DNA of 62,924 nucleotides, the filler included, from Bigelowiella natans CCMP2755 (lineage: Eukaryota > Protista > Cercozoa), in the NCBI GenBank assembly GCA_000320545.1. It is 5 parts of 5 records of this genome, joined end to end, with 100 filler letters (N's around TTAATTAATTAA, not from the genome) between each part and the next. Parts side by side here need not be neighbours in the genome. Positions count along the whole stretch, not along the records: positions 1 to 11,737 come from ADNK01002239.1; positions 11,838 to 26,503 come from ADNK01001996.1; 3 more parts are not named here. One strand, 5' to 3'. Positions 1 to 12,532 of this stretch are shown here, in pieces. Numbering within the stretch: the first letter of the stretch is position 1; every line of letters starts with the position of its first letter. A model generated the notes under the pieces. It made no database searches. It saw nothing but the letters and a program-made list of their open reading frames with translations, and was not told the DNA's origin. The translations under genes were made by a program, and so were the position numbers.

Positions 1-225
1 CTAATGGCGCGCTGAATATCATCATAATTTTTATCATCATATCTATCTTTATCGTCATCCTCCTCCTCATCAAAATACCTCTCTCTCTCTCTCTCTCTTT
101 CCCCCCCCCTTCTCTCTATTGACTGTGCGAGTAGAATCATAACGTGCGATTTGAGTGTGGGGGAGGGACGAAAGTCACAATATATAAAATGCACGCGCCA
201 CAGAAACACAATCCATGACATAAAT

Positions 226-262
<37 letters not shown>

Positions 263-279
263 ACACACACTATCACGAC

Positions 280-1073
280 TCATTCAAAGCGACCTGTCCT
301 CTCAGAAGCAGAGGCACCGTTGTTTTCAAGGGGGGATGGAATCTCTGCCTCTTTATCGCCATCTTTGCCACCATCACCACCATCGTCATACTGCCCTCCC
401 CCCTCATTGCTATGCTCTTGTGAATTTGAGTTGGCCTTCGGCTCGCCCCCCCCTCTCAGCGAAAGCACTGTCAGCAGCTCGAAGCTATTATATCCGGCAC
501 TACCGCAATCCCCTACGGACAAAATAGCTCATCAGAGGGGTGCAACCTGCAGCTACTACATCTTCAATGGCGGCGAGCTGTCATGTGATGTCATGTTCCC
601 CTGCGCGTAATCGGACATCCCACGAGGTCGCAGGGGACACCGAAATGCGAGGCGCAGTTGTTGTTCTTCTTGGTGGGGTTCCATTTGAAACTAGCACGGG
701 ATTTGTCTAGCTCAATTGGTAATGCCCCACCTTCTTCTGGCTAGTCTTAGTAATATGACGTGAATCACAAATCGCAAACCGCGCTCTCGTTATCGCCGAC
801 CAGATTCACCAATGCCCCTAACCTAGCTCTCTCTACACGGGATGCGCCGTAAATTCGAGTACAGCAGCATTCAAAAAAGGAAGAAGAAAGGAAAGAGCCG
901 AGAGCATTCATTCCACAGAGCTTACATTTTCCTTGATGATGCCATGCGTCGAGTAGGGTGGAGGACGCTGCCTGCCTGAGTTGTCGTCGCTGAATGCCTC
1001 CGTGGATTTTGTTGTCCAGCCTCGCAATCTTACAAATCCGCAGCATCGACAAAACGAGGATGATGAGCCCCAT
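280..1073 (-). CDS. Possible 5' exons of an uncharacterised gene running off the left edge
   Basis: Exon-like segment after a ...CCGTAG acceptor (DCGSAGYNSFELLTVLSLRGGGEPKANSNSQEHSNEGGG...), plus a hydrophobic start MGLIILVLSML. No recognisable domain. Confidence 0.25.
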
Positions 1074-1399
1074 GACCTAGATGTTTGGGAGAGGGGAATC
1101 AATCTTGATGTTTTGCGAGATCCTCAGTTTCCTCAAATGGAACTACCGATACATGCCGGCGACACCGAAGATAGCTTCTCGTCATTTTGTGTTCGCGTCC
1201 CCCCATTGAAGCTCACTCCAAGCCCTCGTGAGGTGCTGGACTGGGGGGTGGACTTCCGCTTGCGGCGTTGGGTCTTATTTGTCCGCCAGAACAAATTATT
1301 AGACACAACTTGTATCCTTTTATCAATCGTAATAATTAATAATGCACAATGAAATACAGATACGACATGGTATATTTGGTAAAAAAATGCGAATACCAC

Positions 1400-2060
1400 A
1401 TGATTCAATTTCAAGCTCTGTCCAAGATGAATCCAATGTGAGAGAGGTTCATGTGGGCCGGGCGAGCCTGGCTAGCTGACGAGTTCTGTGCAATTGGTTC
1501 TGTGCAAATTGGTTCTGTGATCCTTTCGACTGCTCCTATGGAATCAATTCATTCATTTCATGACCGAGTGATGCGATCGACCTCTGTAGCTCTAGCATTG
1601 CGTGTGTTTGCCTAGATGGCGCAAGTTGTGTTTGGATTCCATTTGTTCACCACTTGATTCCGCCTGCATTGCAGCACGTGCTTGCTAGCTTGTGGACGCG
1701 TGCAGCTGGCACGCTCAAGTTTCGGCCACATGCCAGGTTCCGTAGATGTCTGAGTGTGGTACGACAACACGCAGCATGCGTTTGCACAGTCACACACGCA
1801 CAGCGGCCAAGGCACTGGCTAGCTAGCTAGCTAGCTAGCGCACCACGCTGGCACGTCCAACTAGCCAGATGTCAGTGTTGAAGTGCGCACGCTGCGTGTT
1901 CGTCGCGTGGCCGCGCTCATTGCTAACTAGCTAACGCGACCTGCATGCACTGCAAGCCAACATGCATGATGCTAGTGATTGCTTGTGGCACGCTGCGTTC
2001 ATTGTCATTGCATGACACAATGATGGTGTGCGATTGTGACACCAATCTAGCAATTTAGCA
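1400..2060. other. TpA-depleted, CTAG-retaining intergenic patch A
   Basis: Nearly all surviving TA dinucleotides are CTAG/CTAN/NTAG. Contains an intact GCTAGCTAGCTAGCTAGCTAGC at 1818-1839, many CA/TG, and retained CpG. Confidence 0.75.
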
Positions 2061-2879
2061 ATATTTGCACGCTCATTACACAAGTGTTGCTTACACAAAA
2101 GTTAACTAGCTAGGCACATGTAAATGGCGCGGCCGTTGCTACCGCGCGGGCAATTGCGGATGCAATTTGCTTGTCATGAATGATGATTCATATGTGCAAC
2201 TTGCTAACTTCGTGAGAACAGAACATGATTATGGACCCAAGGCTATGAGCTAGGCGTAAATTGCGCAAGAAATGACAACGATACTGTGCGCGTAATCAAG
2301 GGCTTGTTCCTCAAAAAATAAATGGATGATTCAAACTTCATTTGCTACCAATGAAACAATTTTCGTGGTTGTTTGTCGTTCTTGCCATCATCATCGCGAG
2401 ATCCTCGCTCCGCACCGCCATTTTTCGCCTCATCACGATGATGCATGTCATCGTCGGTATCAGCATACGAAGGCACGATATCCACTGTCAATGCGATTCT
2501 ATCGTTATTTCTGTCCTGTGACCTATGTATCATTGACATTTTGCGTCATGCTGCTAAACAGGGTTTCAGAAGCATCAACGAGAGGACGTGAGGACATTCG
2601 TGCATATTTCAGTTTTCCCAACACAAAAATAGACGAAGGAAGGACTCTTTCGGTTCAACAACGGCAGAGTGCTCGTCTGTATCACAGAACGAATCGAAAT
2701 GAAGCATGCTGTTTGCTCGGGCTGAGGAGTAAGCATTTTACCATCCCCCCCCCAACCCCCCCCCCCGCCTATAGTATAAGCATCGAGCTAGGTAGCGATA
2801 GTTTGTGTGTCTTCTCACCTGTGCAGCATGTCTGCACGGTATATGACAAAGTCACCTGAGAGAAATTAGTGCGCAAAGC

Positions 2880-3076
2880 AAAACATTGAATGTGTATTCA
2901 AGCTGAGGAGCGCCTATTATTCTTCATGCTGCGGAGGACACGCAGTACCCTCATCGAGCTGCAGCGTGCAGGATATCTCCTCATAAAGTTTCTTACGACA
3001 TTCAAAATCTGTGAGAGATAGGCGCAAGATCATATACTCATTATTCACGAATTAACCCCCCACCCTGCACCCCCCC

Positions 3077-3119
<43 letters not shown>

Positions 3120-3348
3120 ATCAATGAAATACTACAAAACGGTATTAGAAGTAACGTTCCATTCAGAAATATCTGGTAAACATTATCGATGATGCGTGTC
3201 ACAACTACAGGTTGTGCTCCCCCTCACCCCATTCTGGAATCCTCTCTTGGTACTCGGCGTAGGCATCGACAGGGATTACAACAAGGCCTTTTTGCATGTG
3301 GGAGGAAATGGAGGAGGATCATGAGGGGGGGGTGGGGGAGGGCACGCA

Positions 3349-3391
<43 letters not shown>

Positions 3392-3840
3392 CATATATAT
3401 TTTGTGCTCTCTCACCAGTTCCGGGATGTTTCCCTGTATCTTTGACCGCCTCCGACACATTCCTCTCAATCATAACCCATCCTGCCCATTATTAGGAGGA
3501 AATGCGACAACGGCAAAAGCAACAACAGTCACAAAGATGATGCATGCAAATCGTGTAGCAATCGGAATGGCTCTCTCCTTCTCCCCCGCATATAGAGCCC
3601 TGCTAAAGGGCCTTTCCTCCCATCCGCCGAATACAACCCAGCATGCAGCAAGTGACATTATTGGCCGCACCCAACCACTCGTGCACGTCTCCTTCGCCTT
3701 GAATCCCAACCCCTTTATATCGATCAGGAAGAAGAAGAAGAAGAACAAGAAGAAGAAGAAGAAGAAGAAATAACAACGGTGTTTCTTTGCCACTATCAAT
3801 CTCCTCTACCCTCACTCTCCCTCTCACTCCTCCACTACTA

Positions 3841-3877
<37 letters not shown>

Positions 3878-4149
3878 GCATGGAAACACAAACGACAAAC
3901 ACAAAGTATTTATTCAGCATAAATCCAACTACACTACCAAAGGCAGTATGAATCACGACCGACTACTCTAAAGCAGAGAGGTCGGTCTAACGAAGATTTA
4001 AGGAAAAACCATTCAAACGCCACGATGCTCTGCGAAGGCAGCAGCAGCAGCAGCGAGATGTATGAGGATGATATAGCAGTACCTGTTGTGTCCATATGCC
4101 AGTCATGATACCCGTCAAATACCTGCAGATTGCAAAATTATATGATCAA

Positions 4150-4187
<38 letters not shown>

Positions 4188-4651
4188 TATATACTATTCA
4201 TATTTACTATGCGTGTGCGTGTGTGTGCGCGCGTGTGTGTGTGCGTGTGTGTGTGTGTTTGTCCTCCGGCAAGCCTGCCAAATATATATGCATATTACCG
4301 GGCGGTTGTGCTTCATTGTCAAGTGCCACTTCGCTCCGATCTCTGTGAGTTGATCGTCCTCTCGATATAGCTGAGAATAGTGACAGCAAGGGTGGTTTTG
4401 CGTGCTACAACAAACCCATTCCCAAATCTTGAATATCTCGTACAAAAGCAATGCTGTCATAGACACAACACACACGCACGCACACACACACACACACGCG
4501 CGCGTGTTATCATATTGTTCTGCAGCACTTCCTTTATATGATTATAGCATAATCATACTGCGTTTTTGCGTGAAACTTACGTTTCTCATGACCGAATCGA
4601 TGTCCTCCCCTCCAATATCGTGCACCGTATCTTAGTATTCAATACAATCGC

Positions 4652-4685
<34 letters not shown>

Positions 4686-4782
4686 GTCGTCGTCGTCACT
4701 ACCACCATCATCACCGTTACCAACAACACTTATTCTTCACCCACAACGCTAACACGGCGATTCAAAACTCTACACACGCGCG

Positions 4783-4820
<38 letters not shown>

Positions 4821-5302
4821 AGGAAGAGGCAGAGGAAGATAGAGAGAGGGGATATTTATGACAAGTGTCGTAAGCAACCATTGTTGCTCAGAACGGTACC
4901 TTTTGACACAAGAACGAATTCATGATGACCTCGGACATAAAACTGTTGTTATCATCATCATCATCATCATCACCACCACCACCAACAACAACAACAACAA
5001 CAGCGACGACGACGATCCCACGCACAAATGCACAGAATTACACACACATATGAAAACCGTGCGGTGCGCACGGCGAGAGTTCGTATGAGGCGAGAGTTCG
5101 GATGATCATTGAAGGAGCGTGCACACCTTGCCCATATCGAGCTGCTCAAAGGCAGCATCGATGTTCATAAGCATTTGCGGAGCGTTGCGTGCTATCTCCT
5201 CGTCAGTTGGCACCTGCATCATCGCCGTCGTTCAAATGGGGCCTATCGTTTGAGAATCTACTTCGTTTCTATAAACCCCCCCCCCCCCCCCCCCCCCTTC
5301 CT

Positions 5303-5334
<32 letters not shown>

Positions 5335-5485
5335 CGTGTGATTTGTCTTCTCAATTTGTCTTCTTACGCATTCTGGAGGCGCCTCTTTGGATTGGTCAGA
5401 GGCTCCTGAAGGCATCATGATAAGCACGCTATCAGGGCCTATCTCCATGCTGCATTGTTGTCAATACAGGAGGAAGCACAGCGGT

Positions 5486-5527
<42 letters not shown>

Positions 5528-5704
5528 ATATGTAATATAGAATTGTGCTTTCGTCTGATCTATGCAATACTTGTTTACCACACAAATATCGAGTGGGGAG
5601 GGGAATGCCATTCACCTAATAGCAACAACATCGAAGGAACGTAAAGTAATTTGCACCAATATTACAATATCAATATAAGCACACACACACGCGCGCGCGC
5701 GCGC

Positions 5705-5748
<44 letters not shown>

Positions 5749-5922
5749 GCTACTCATACACATATGCTGTTGGCTGGTATAGATACGATATACAACATCG
5801 CACTCGAGCGGCAAAATAGCTGAGTTCATCGTCTGGAATCGCGCCCCTCAGTACTGATAGTAAGGCGTAATTGCTGTTAGATCAACGTGTAATAGACATC
5901 TGCGAATATACAATACCATTAC

Positions 5923-5972
<50 letters not shown>

Positions 5973-6158
5973 CATGTAATTATCAACATCGATATACTTG
6001 CCGCGCCCGACTGGACCATTCTCGCCACACCCTCGAAATGACAGTACTTCTCCTGATTACAGCCGTCGCCGACAACACAAATCAATGACGAGAACAGCAC
6101 AAGCTGCGCGATGTATCCAAGGCCTCCCTTAAATACAACAGTAACCACTCTATACAGA

Positions 6159-6198
<40 letters not shown>

Positions 6199-6495
6199 TG
6201 CTTGGGTCGGTGACATGGCTAGGTAAAGCCGTGAGTCGTTCAAGCAATGCGCTAAGGACGATGGTATTTACATTAAGACTCACTCGTCATTAACACCGCG
6301 CTATTTGGTGCCAGGGCAATCGTCCCTTTCTCACTGATGTGCATGATGCTGACCTACCTTGAATGCTGCAGGATCTACGTTCAAGGGCCTACAAGGGAGT
6401 CGCCTTCGATGGCGATTAGAGCCCTCCTCATCGTATCCTTAGGTATTATTTTCTATTCAGGCAAATGACATCAAGAGTTCTGCGACTCTCCTACA

Positions 6496-6549
<54 letters not shown>

Positions 6550-7100
6550 CCCCCCCCCTCCCAACACCCTGGCCTTTATATATTTCCCTACTCTCGGGTA
6601 CTATTTCGCTTTTTGTACACCAATGAACTGACCGTTGCAATGCCCGTTTGCGCCGTCACCGCCTTCGGTGGTGCACGTTCCTACGATGCGAAGCTGACAG
6701 TTAAAAAATCTTTCGTTCTTCACCTCGCCCCCTCCCCTCTCTTTCTCCCTCTCTTTGAGGTTTGAAAACGTATATGGAATCGAAACGAGATCTGATATTC
6801 ATCATCAAGATTATGCATAAATTGGGGTGTATTCAATAATAGCGATGACGATGATGATGATAATGATGATGATGATGATAATAGTAGTAACACTAGTAAT
6901 GTGTGCGAGAAAACGTGTTTGATGACCCCACCCTGCGAGGCCCTCTCCGAAGTCGACATCATCACGGCCTGAGAATGTAAAATAGCGTCTTTCTCAGCTG
7001 GCTTCGTTTGGCGGCACTAAGTACGCTTGCCTTTAATTCCGACAACTTCCATTTAAATGCGCAAACGAAATTGAAGAACGGAAGGGCAAACCTATCACTA
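2880..7100 (-). CDS. Downstream exons of a multi-exon gene, probably continuing the RRM gene
   Basis: Exon-like blocks between microsatellite introns, e.g. atgcag|VPTDEEIARNAPQMLMNIDAAFEQLDMGK|gtgtg (~5125-5211) and DIKGLGFKAKETCTSG/ALYAGEKERAIPIATRFA (~3550-3725). No family recognised and the boundaries are uncertain. Confidence 0.4.
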
Positions 7101-7193
7101 TGCCACGTGTCTATCCTCACACGATTTTGTTTTGGAAAAGGGGGGGGGGGGGGGGGGGGGGGCATGATAATGGGTGGTGCTACAAGCCGTAAC

Positions 7194-7412
7194 CTGCGCT
7201 ATGATTGTTTTGTCTTTGTGGGTGGCTAGCGTAACCGCCAACATCTGGCCTTGGAACTCATGGCCGTCCTTCGCTAAAATGGCGCTGCGAGCGCTCTCCT
7301 CGGAGCGGAATTTGATGTACCCGTAGCGGTGTGAGACTTGGTGGTTGCCTTTCAAAAGCAGCCGACAGTGTCATCATTCGTGTGTTGTGAGTGTTGGAGC
7401 GTGCGTACGTGC

Positions 7413-7454
<42 letters not shown>

Positions 7455-7836
7455 CTTTACTGCATATGCGAAGTGTCTGTTTAGAGTCGCACAGCACGTG
7501 CTTCTTGCTCTAGGATGTCACTCACCTCTAACAACGATTGCGTGATCTATCTCTCCAAATGATTTGAATTCATCATGTAGCTGCTCCTCCGTTGTCCTAC
7601 CAAATTATCCTCATCGTTCAATAAATAGACACACACGCGCGCGCGCGCGCAAACATGCATATATTTGTTGTATTTACTCATACATACATGTGTGTGTGTG
7701 TGTGTGTGTGTGTTTGTGTTGTACGGTTTTTCATCAAATGCTACACGAAATATGGGGCGCATGAACGGAACTTTTCGCTCATTACACACTTTTCTTTAAT
7801 TAAAAAATTCCTTATGAAAATATGTGCGTGCTTCTT
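7194..7836 (-). CDS. RRM RNA-binding domain split over three exons (upstream exons probably reach ~8600)
   Basis: Spliced translation KKHAHIFIRNFLIKEK|TTEEQLHDEFKSFGEIDHAIVVR|GNHQVSHRYGYIKFRSEESARSAILAKDGHEFQGQMLAVTLA has RNP2 (IFIRNF) and RNP1 (RYGYIKF), with GT-AG boundaries. Confidence 0.85.
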
Positions 7837-8974
7837 CTGCAATACCAAATCGTAAGGTTTTTGATCGTAACCGTGGCCTCCACATCCATGCCACCGCCGT
7901 CTACTTCCCGAAACAAACAATGAATCAATTGCGCCTCTCCCTGATGGAGAGCTAGCTGCGCAGTGTAGACGAGTTGTAGTCGTTTCGAAAGGAAATTATC
8001 AATGCGATCGTAACACCGTAGTTGAATGAGAAAATACGGGACATTCATATCAGATATTGTTGTTCTCGTCAGATTGGTACCTGGCCTTCCTGCTTCATCC
8101 TTATATTCTCCCGCCCAATTACCAGTCTCTTCTTTCTCTTCATTCACCTTATTCGACCCCGCCCGAACCCCCCCCTGCCCCCCATCGTCCTTCGCAGCTG
8201 AAGAAGACGAGTGTGGTCTTGCTCTATTGTTGCTTTGGCCTGTTTCGGGGAAATCGGCAACTCCGGGACGGCATTTATACTTCTCTACAAAAAAAAAGAA
8301 CGTGATATGATTCAACGAGGCTGAGGGGGAGAACGATGTAGGGGTGGGGAGGGGGGTGGGAAACCAGCCTTTTGGCGGAAGGTGGTGTGTGCTAAGAACA
8401 TCGTTGTTTTGTGAGTACCGATCCTTGCTGCTACGCGGGGATTTGAGGCCACGCAGTCTCCACATTCCCTGAAGAAAAGTCAACATCAAAGCATCAGAAC
8501 GTGATGAAAGGGTACCCATAAAGATCAATCGGTAATAATAGTTGCACGGTCTCACCGCTGAACGTCCCCATTCAACTCGTAGCACGGCTCTACGCAATGC
8601 TCCGCGCATTCATGACCAGAGCCGTCTAAGGGGGCAAAACCAACGATCTTAGCATACACAAGAGCTTCAAGGCGGCTTTCAAATTGGCCATTACAGTAGC
8701 AGAGGAGGGAGATGAGTAGGAGATGGCATTGCATCCTACACCATGCCAAACTGGTCCAAACTGAGGCCAGGAAGGAGGCACTTTTAGATCAAAATATATC
8801 CATAAAATATCTATCATTGTATTCTGTATTATTTTTCGGTTTCTAATTTTTTTGGCACTTTCAACGCGAAGTTCAACGTTCAATATTCAAGAAACACCCT
8901 GGATCAAAGGCAAAAAAAAGGATGAAATCCAAAAGGGGTCCACGTCACCGCGGCCTTTGCTCTCGAGCTTAGGC

Positions 8975-10267
8975 GTTTCGATGGCATTTGCACTCTTTCG
9001 GCTGATGGCAAGCTCGCTCTTGCAGGCTCCACGGATGGAGCTTGCATGATTTGCTTCACGCATTCATTCATCCTGCTGTTCCTTTCTCGCCGAGCTCAAT
9101 CAAGAAGCGATGCGAGCGTGAAAATCTTCACTGTTCATCCCCTTTCAGACTTGCCAGGAAAACGAGTTGCTACTTCAGAGGAAGAGGGGCGGACTGAGCC
9201 CAACTGAGCGAGCTAGGACACTGGACATTGAACACTGAACGTTGAACTCAGCATCGTTTGGTGCAAAATCCGCACCCACAAGAACCACGGGAAGTGAGCG
9301 TTTGCCGTGCAACAGCGCCAAAAAACGAAAAACACTTCGAGGACTTGAGCTTTCGCACTCACGGAGTGATTCGAAAGCGTGTTGACTCACATGTTTGTCA
9401 CCAGGACGTGCCAAAAAGTGACACACAACAGGTTGACTGTTTGATTTGGTCACCAGCACTGGAGTGGCAGTGGACTGTGGACATGCGCACACGCAACACG
9501 TGCAACGTGCATCATGCACACTGTGTCCATTGTCATGCACACCATCAAAGCATTCAAATGGGCGTCTCTGTGCTGCACGATTTGCTCCGCATCACTCCCA
9601 TTGCATGGATGCAGTCACGCAGAACTGTTCATCATGGAGCATGATGCTTTCACACGTGACACTTGTCTGCACACAGCTTCATGGTGTCATGTCAATGCCT
9701 CAGTCTGGTGACACCCATCGCTTGCATTTCATGCACGCTGAACGTGTGTGCTTGGCAAGGCCCTGCACAACCCTGCGCAGGCATGTGGTCATCACACGTG
9801 CCATCAATGTCAGGCATGCATGTGTTCTTGAAGCATTTGACATCTGTGTCATTGCTGTCAGCATCACCTAGTCAAAGCCGCATTGTCGTGCACTGCTCCC
9901 TCTGTGCAAACAATGCCATTCCACTCACTCCGACTCCTCTGCGGCCTTGACCCATGTCGATCATGCTGCATCAGGGTCATCAGTCATCACTGAAGTGTCA
10001 GGTGCATCAGGCACAACTGCTGTGGTGACACTCGCATGCCCCGCCATCTGATTTCGATTTCTCTTCTGTTCAGATGTCAACATCGCAAATTCTTTTCACG
10101 GGGACTCACAAACGTCGGGGACATTTGGTGATCAAATCCACAAACAGCTTGTCGCTTTGCTGCAAAAGAAATGGAACATTTGTTGCTGTTTCACAATGGA
10201 AGTTGAAGGACCATTTGTGAACAGAACATTTGTTGCTGTTTTGAAATGGAAGTTCAAGGCCCATTTG
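8975..10267. other. TpA-depleted intergenic patch B
   Basis: Only 3 TA dinucleotides found by eye in ~1.29 kb (CTAC ~9170, CTAG ~9213, CTAG ~9868). CpG is present throughout. Confidence 0.9.
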
Positions 10268-10642
10268 TAAACAGAACATTTGTTGCTGTTTCACAATGGA
10301 AGTTCAAGGCCCATTTGCAAATGGAACATTTGTTGCTGTTTCAAAATGGAAGTTCAAGGCCCATTTGTAAATGGAACATTTGTTGCTGTTTTGAAATAGA
10401 AGTTCAAGGCCTATTTGTAAATGGAACATTTGTTGCTGTTTTGAAATAGAAGTTCAAGGCCTATTTGTAAATGGAACATTTGTTGCTGTTTTGAAATAGA
10501 AGTTCAAGGCCTGTTTGTAAATGGAACATTTGTTGCTGTTTTAAAATGGAAGTTCAAGGCCTATTTGTAAATGGAACATTTGTTGCTGTTTCACAATGGA
10601 AGTTCAAGGCCCATTCATGAACAGAACATTTGTTGCTGTTTT
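10171..10642 (+). repeat. 50-bp tandem minisatellite, ~9.4 copies
   Basis: Units start at 10171, 10221 ... 10621. Consensus ATGGAACATTTGTTGCTGTTTTGAAATGGAAGTTCAAGGCCCATTTGTAA. Confidence 0.97.
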
Positions 10643-10859
10643 CCGCCAGAGAAATGTTATGCGTCCACGCCTTTATGCACCGCCTAATGTTTCCCCGGAG
10701 ATGAAAACCGGGAGTGCTCGAGAGTACCCGCTTATACCGGGCACTCATAAAACGACCTCAAAACCCGAGTTTGATAGCGAAGTACTGGAACTTCGTGTCA
10801 ATTTGTCCGTAACGTTGATGAAAATGGAATGTGCACATCAACAACGCAGACGTGATCCT

Positions 10860-11170
10860 CCCAAGTGCGGAATGCGTAGCATCACATGCCAGCATTAGCA
10901 CAAGCACATTTGCATCCATTTCCACTCATTGCCATCACGTGCTGTGCTGCTGACATCTGCGTCAGCATGGTGTGTTTGTGCGTGACTGGGTGTGGCGCGC
11001 ATGCCGCTCTCGCACGCACCAGCGCACACACAGGTCTAGCAGATCGAAGTGCGTCTAGACGTGCTACGTGTGTGCATTCATCTGTAGCAGTCCGTGCAAA
11101 TGCAACGTGTCCTTTTCCAGACTTGCTGTCTGTAGCGCGTACCACTACGCGGGCACAAGTCACGTGCGAC
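10860..11170. other. Partially TpA-depleted patch C
   Basis: Surviving TA are CTAG, GTAG, CTAC, TTAG and one GTAC. The stretch is CA/TG rich. Confidence 0.55.
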
Positions 11171-11495
11171 AACAAAGGGGTTGTCGCGGATATAGAATAT
11201 AGATAACGTAGATATTAATACAGCATGGGCACGTGGGTTCCGGCGGGACTCATGGCAGCACACCGGAAGTGTGCTGCCCCACGTGCGGCGGCATTCGCGA
11301 AAGCTTCGCGAATGATTACGCAGTGCACGATTTAATAAAAATATAATCTTTAATAAAAATAAACACAACTCTTCAAAAGGAAGCAAACGTGCCTTCCCCC
11401 CCCCCTGCCTACTTGTGCACGTAGCGCCTCGGCCTGTGAACACCTTACGCGCAACAACCTTTGGCTTCCACACACGGGAAACGATTTGACTAACA

Positions 11496-11737
11496 ATGTC
11501 ACAGCAGCTAGAAGAACAGCAGGACTTTGGCTCGCAAGCCGTGCAAGGGCACGAGCAGAAACAGGAAAAGAAGGGCGATACGGACGCTAAGGAAGGAGGA
11601 GGAACACCTCCACAGGCACCGCCGGGACCAGCACCCGGGATTAAGAAAGCAGATGCAGCAGCAGAGGCACTGGAGAACTTTCTACGAGCGACGACGAGGA
11701 CGTGCCGCCGAAAGCAAGAAGGTCGTAATGGCATTAC
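11496..11737 (+). CDS. N-terminal fragment of an unknown ORF, cut by an assembly gap (gene or mobile-element ORF)
   Basis: ATG-initiated charged/Pro-rich open frame MSQQLEEQQDFGSQ...RRKQEGRNGI runs into the N gap. Confidence 0.4.
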
Positions 11738-11837
11738 NNNNNNNNNNNNNNNNNNNNNNNNNNNNNNNNNNNNNNNNNNNNTTAATTAATTAANNNNNNN
11801 NNNNNNNNNNNNNNNNNNNNNNNNNNNNNNNNNNNNN
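11738..11837. other. Assembly gap spacer
   Basis: N44-TTAATTAATTAA-N44, a six-frame stop linker identical at all four gaps. Confidence 0.98.
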
Positions 11838-11998
11838 ACCTTCCAGCCGCCCCTGTCTTGTTAATTACATCACCCCCTCGAAGGTAGTGGAGGTGGAGGC
11901 GGAGGGGGGTGTGGGGTGGGAAGGGTTGTATGCGTTCGCATAGTGATACAACGAATATGACGGATATTCGCCTCTTTGTAGGTAGATACTATGTAGCC

Positions 11999-12031
<33 letters not shown>

Positions 12032-12101
12032 TCGCATGTGAAGAACGAAGTTGTTCATGTTTCTCTCCTGCATTGCATAATAGCATCACCACCAAACGCA
12101 C

Positions 12102-12471
12102 CTCCAGCATGGCTCGAAGAGGGATCGTCTCGCTTTCGCCTATTCCCCCTTCCCCCTCCTCCTCCTCCTCCTCCTCCTCCTCCTCCTTCTCCCCGTTAAG
12201 ACCTCTACTTAGGCCATCGTAACTTCCTGCTTTGCCGCTGGATGATGATGATGAGGGCCAAGTGGCGAGTGACCGCTTACGACTCCTTCGAGAAGGCTGC
12301 ACTTGTCTTTTCTTCCTCTCTGGTTTTTCCCTACCAACGTGGCCCCTCTTATTGGTGTGATTCGCCCTGATGAGGTGTTCGGCAGGGATGACAGGGAGGG
12401 AGGGAGAGAGGGAGGGGGAGAGCTTTTAGAGGTGTGAAAGTAGCAACATCGAATGATCGTAAACACACACA

Positions 12472-12532
<61 letters not shown>

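Noticed and set aside
2326-2859. 177-aa plus-strand ORF
   Set aside because: No motif or splice support, and it lies downstream of a minus-strand gene.
9175-9950. Overlapping Cys/His/Met-rich ORFs on both strands (also 18773-19357)
   Set aside because: A by-product of TpA loss, which removes TAA/TAG stops and creates CAT/TGC/ATG codons. No domain signal.
10171-10642. CRISPR-like regular repeat
   Set aside because: Head-to-tail 50-bp units with no unique spacers, no cas genes, and a eukaryotic context.
11782-11793. TTAATTAATTAA palindrome recurring four times
   Set aside because: Always centred in 100-nt N blocks, so it is an artificial scaffold linker. Linkage across these gaps depends on the scaffolding.
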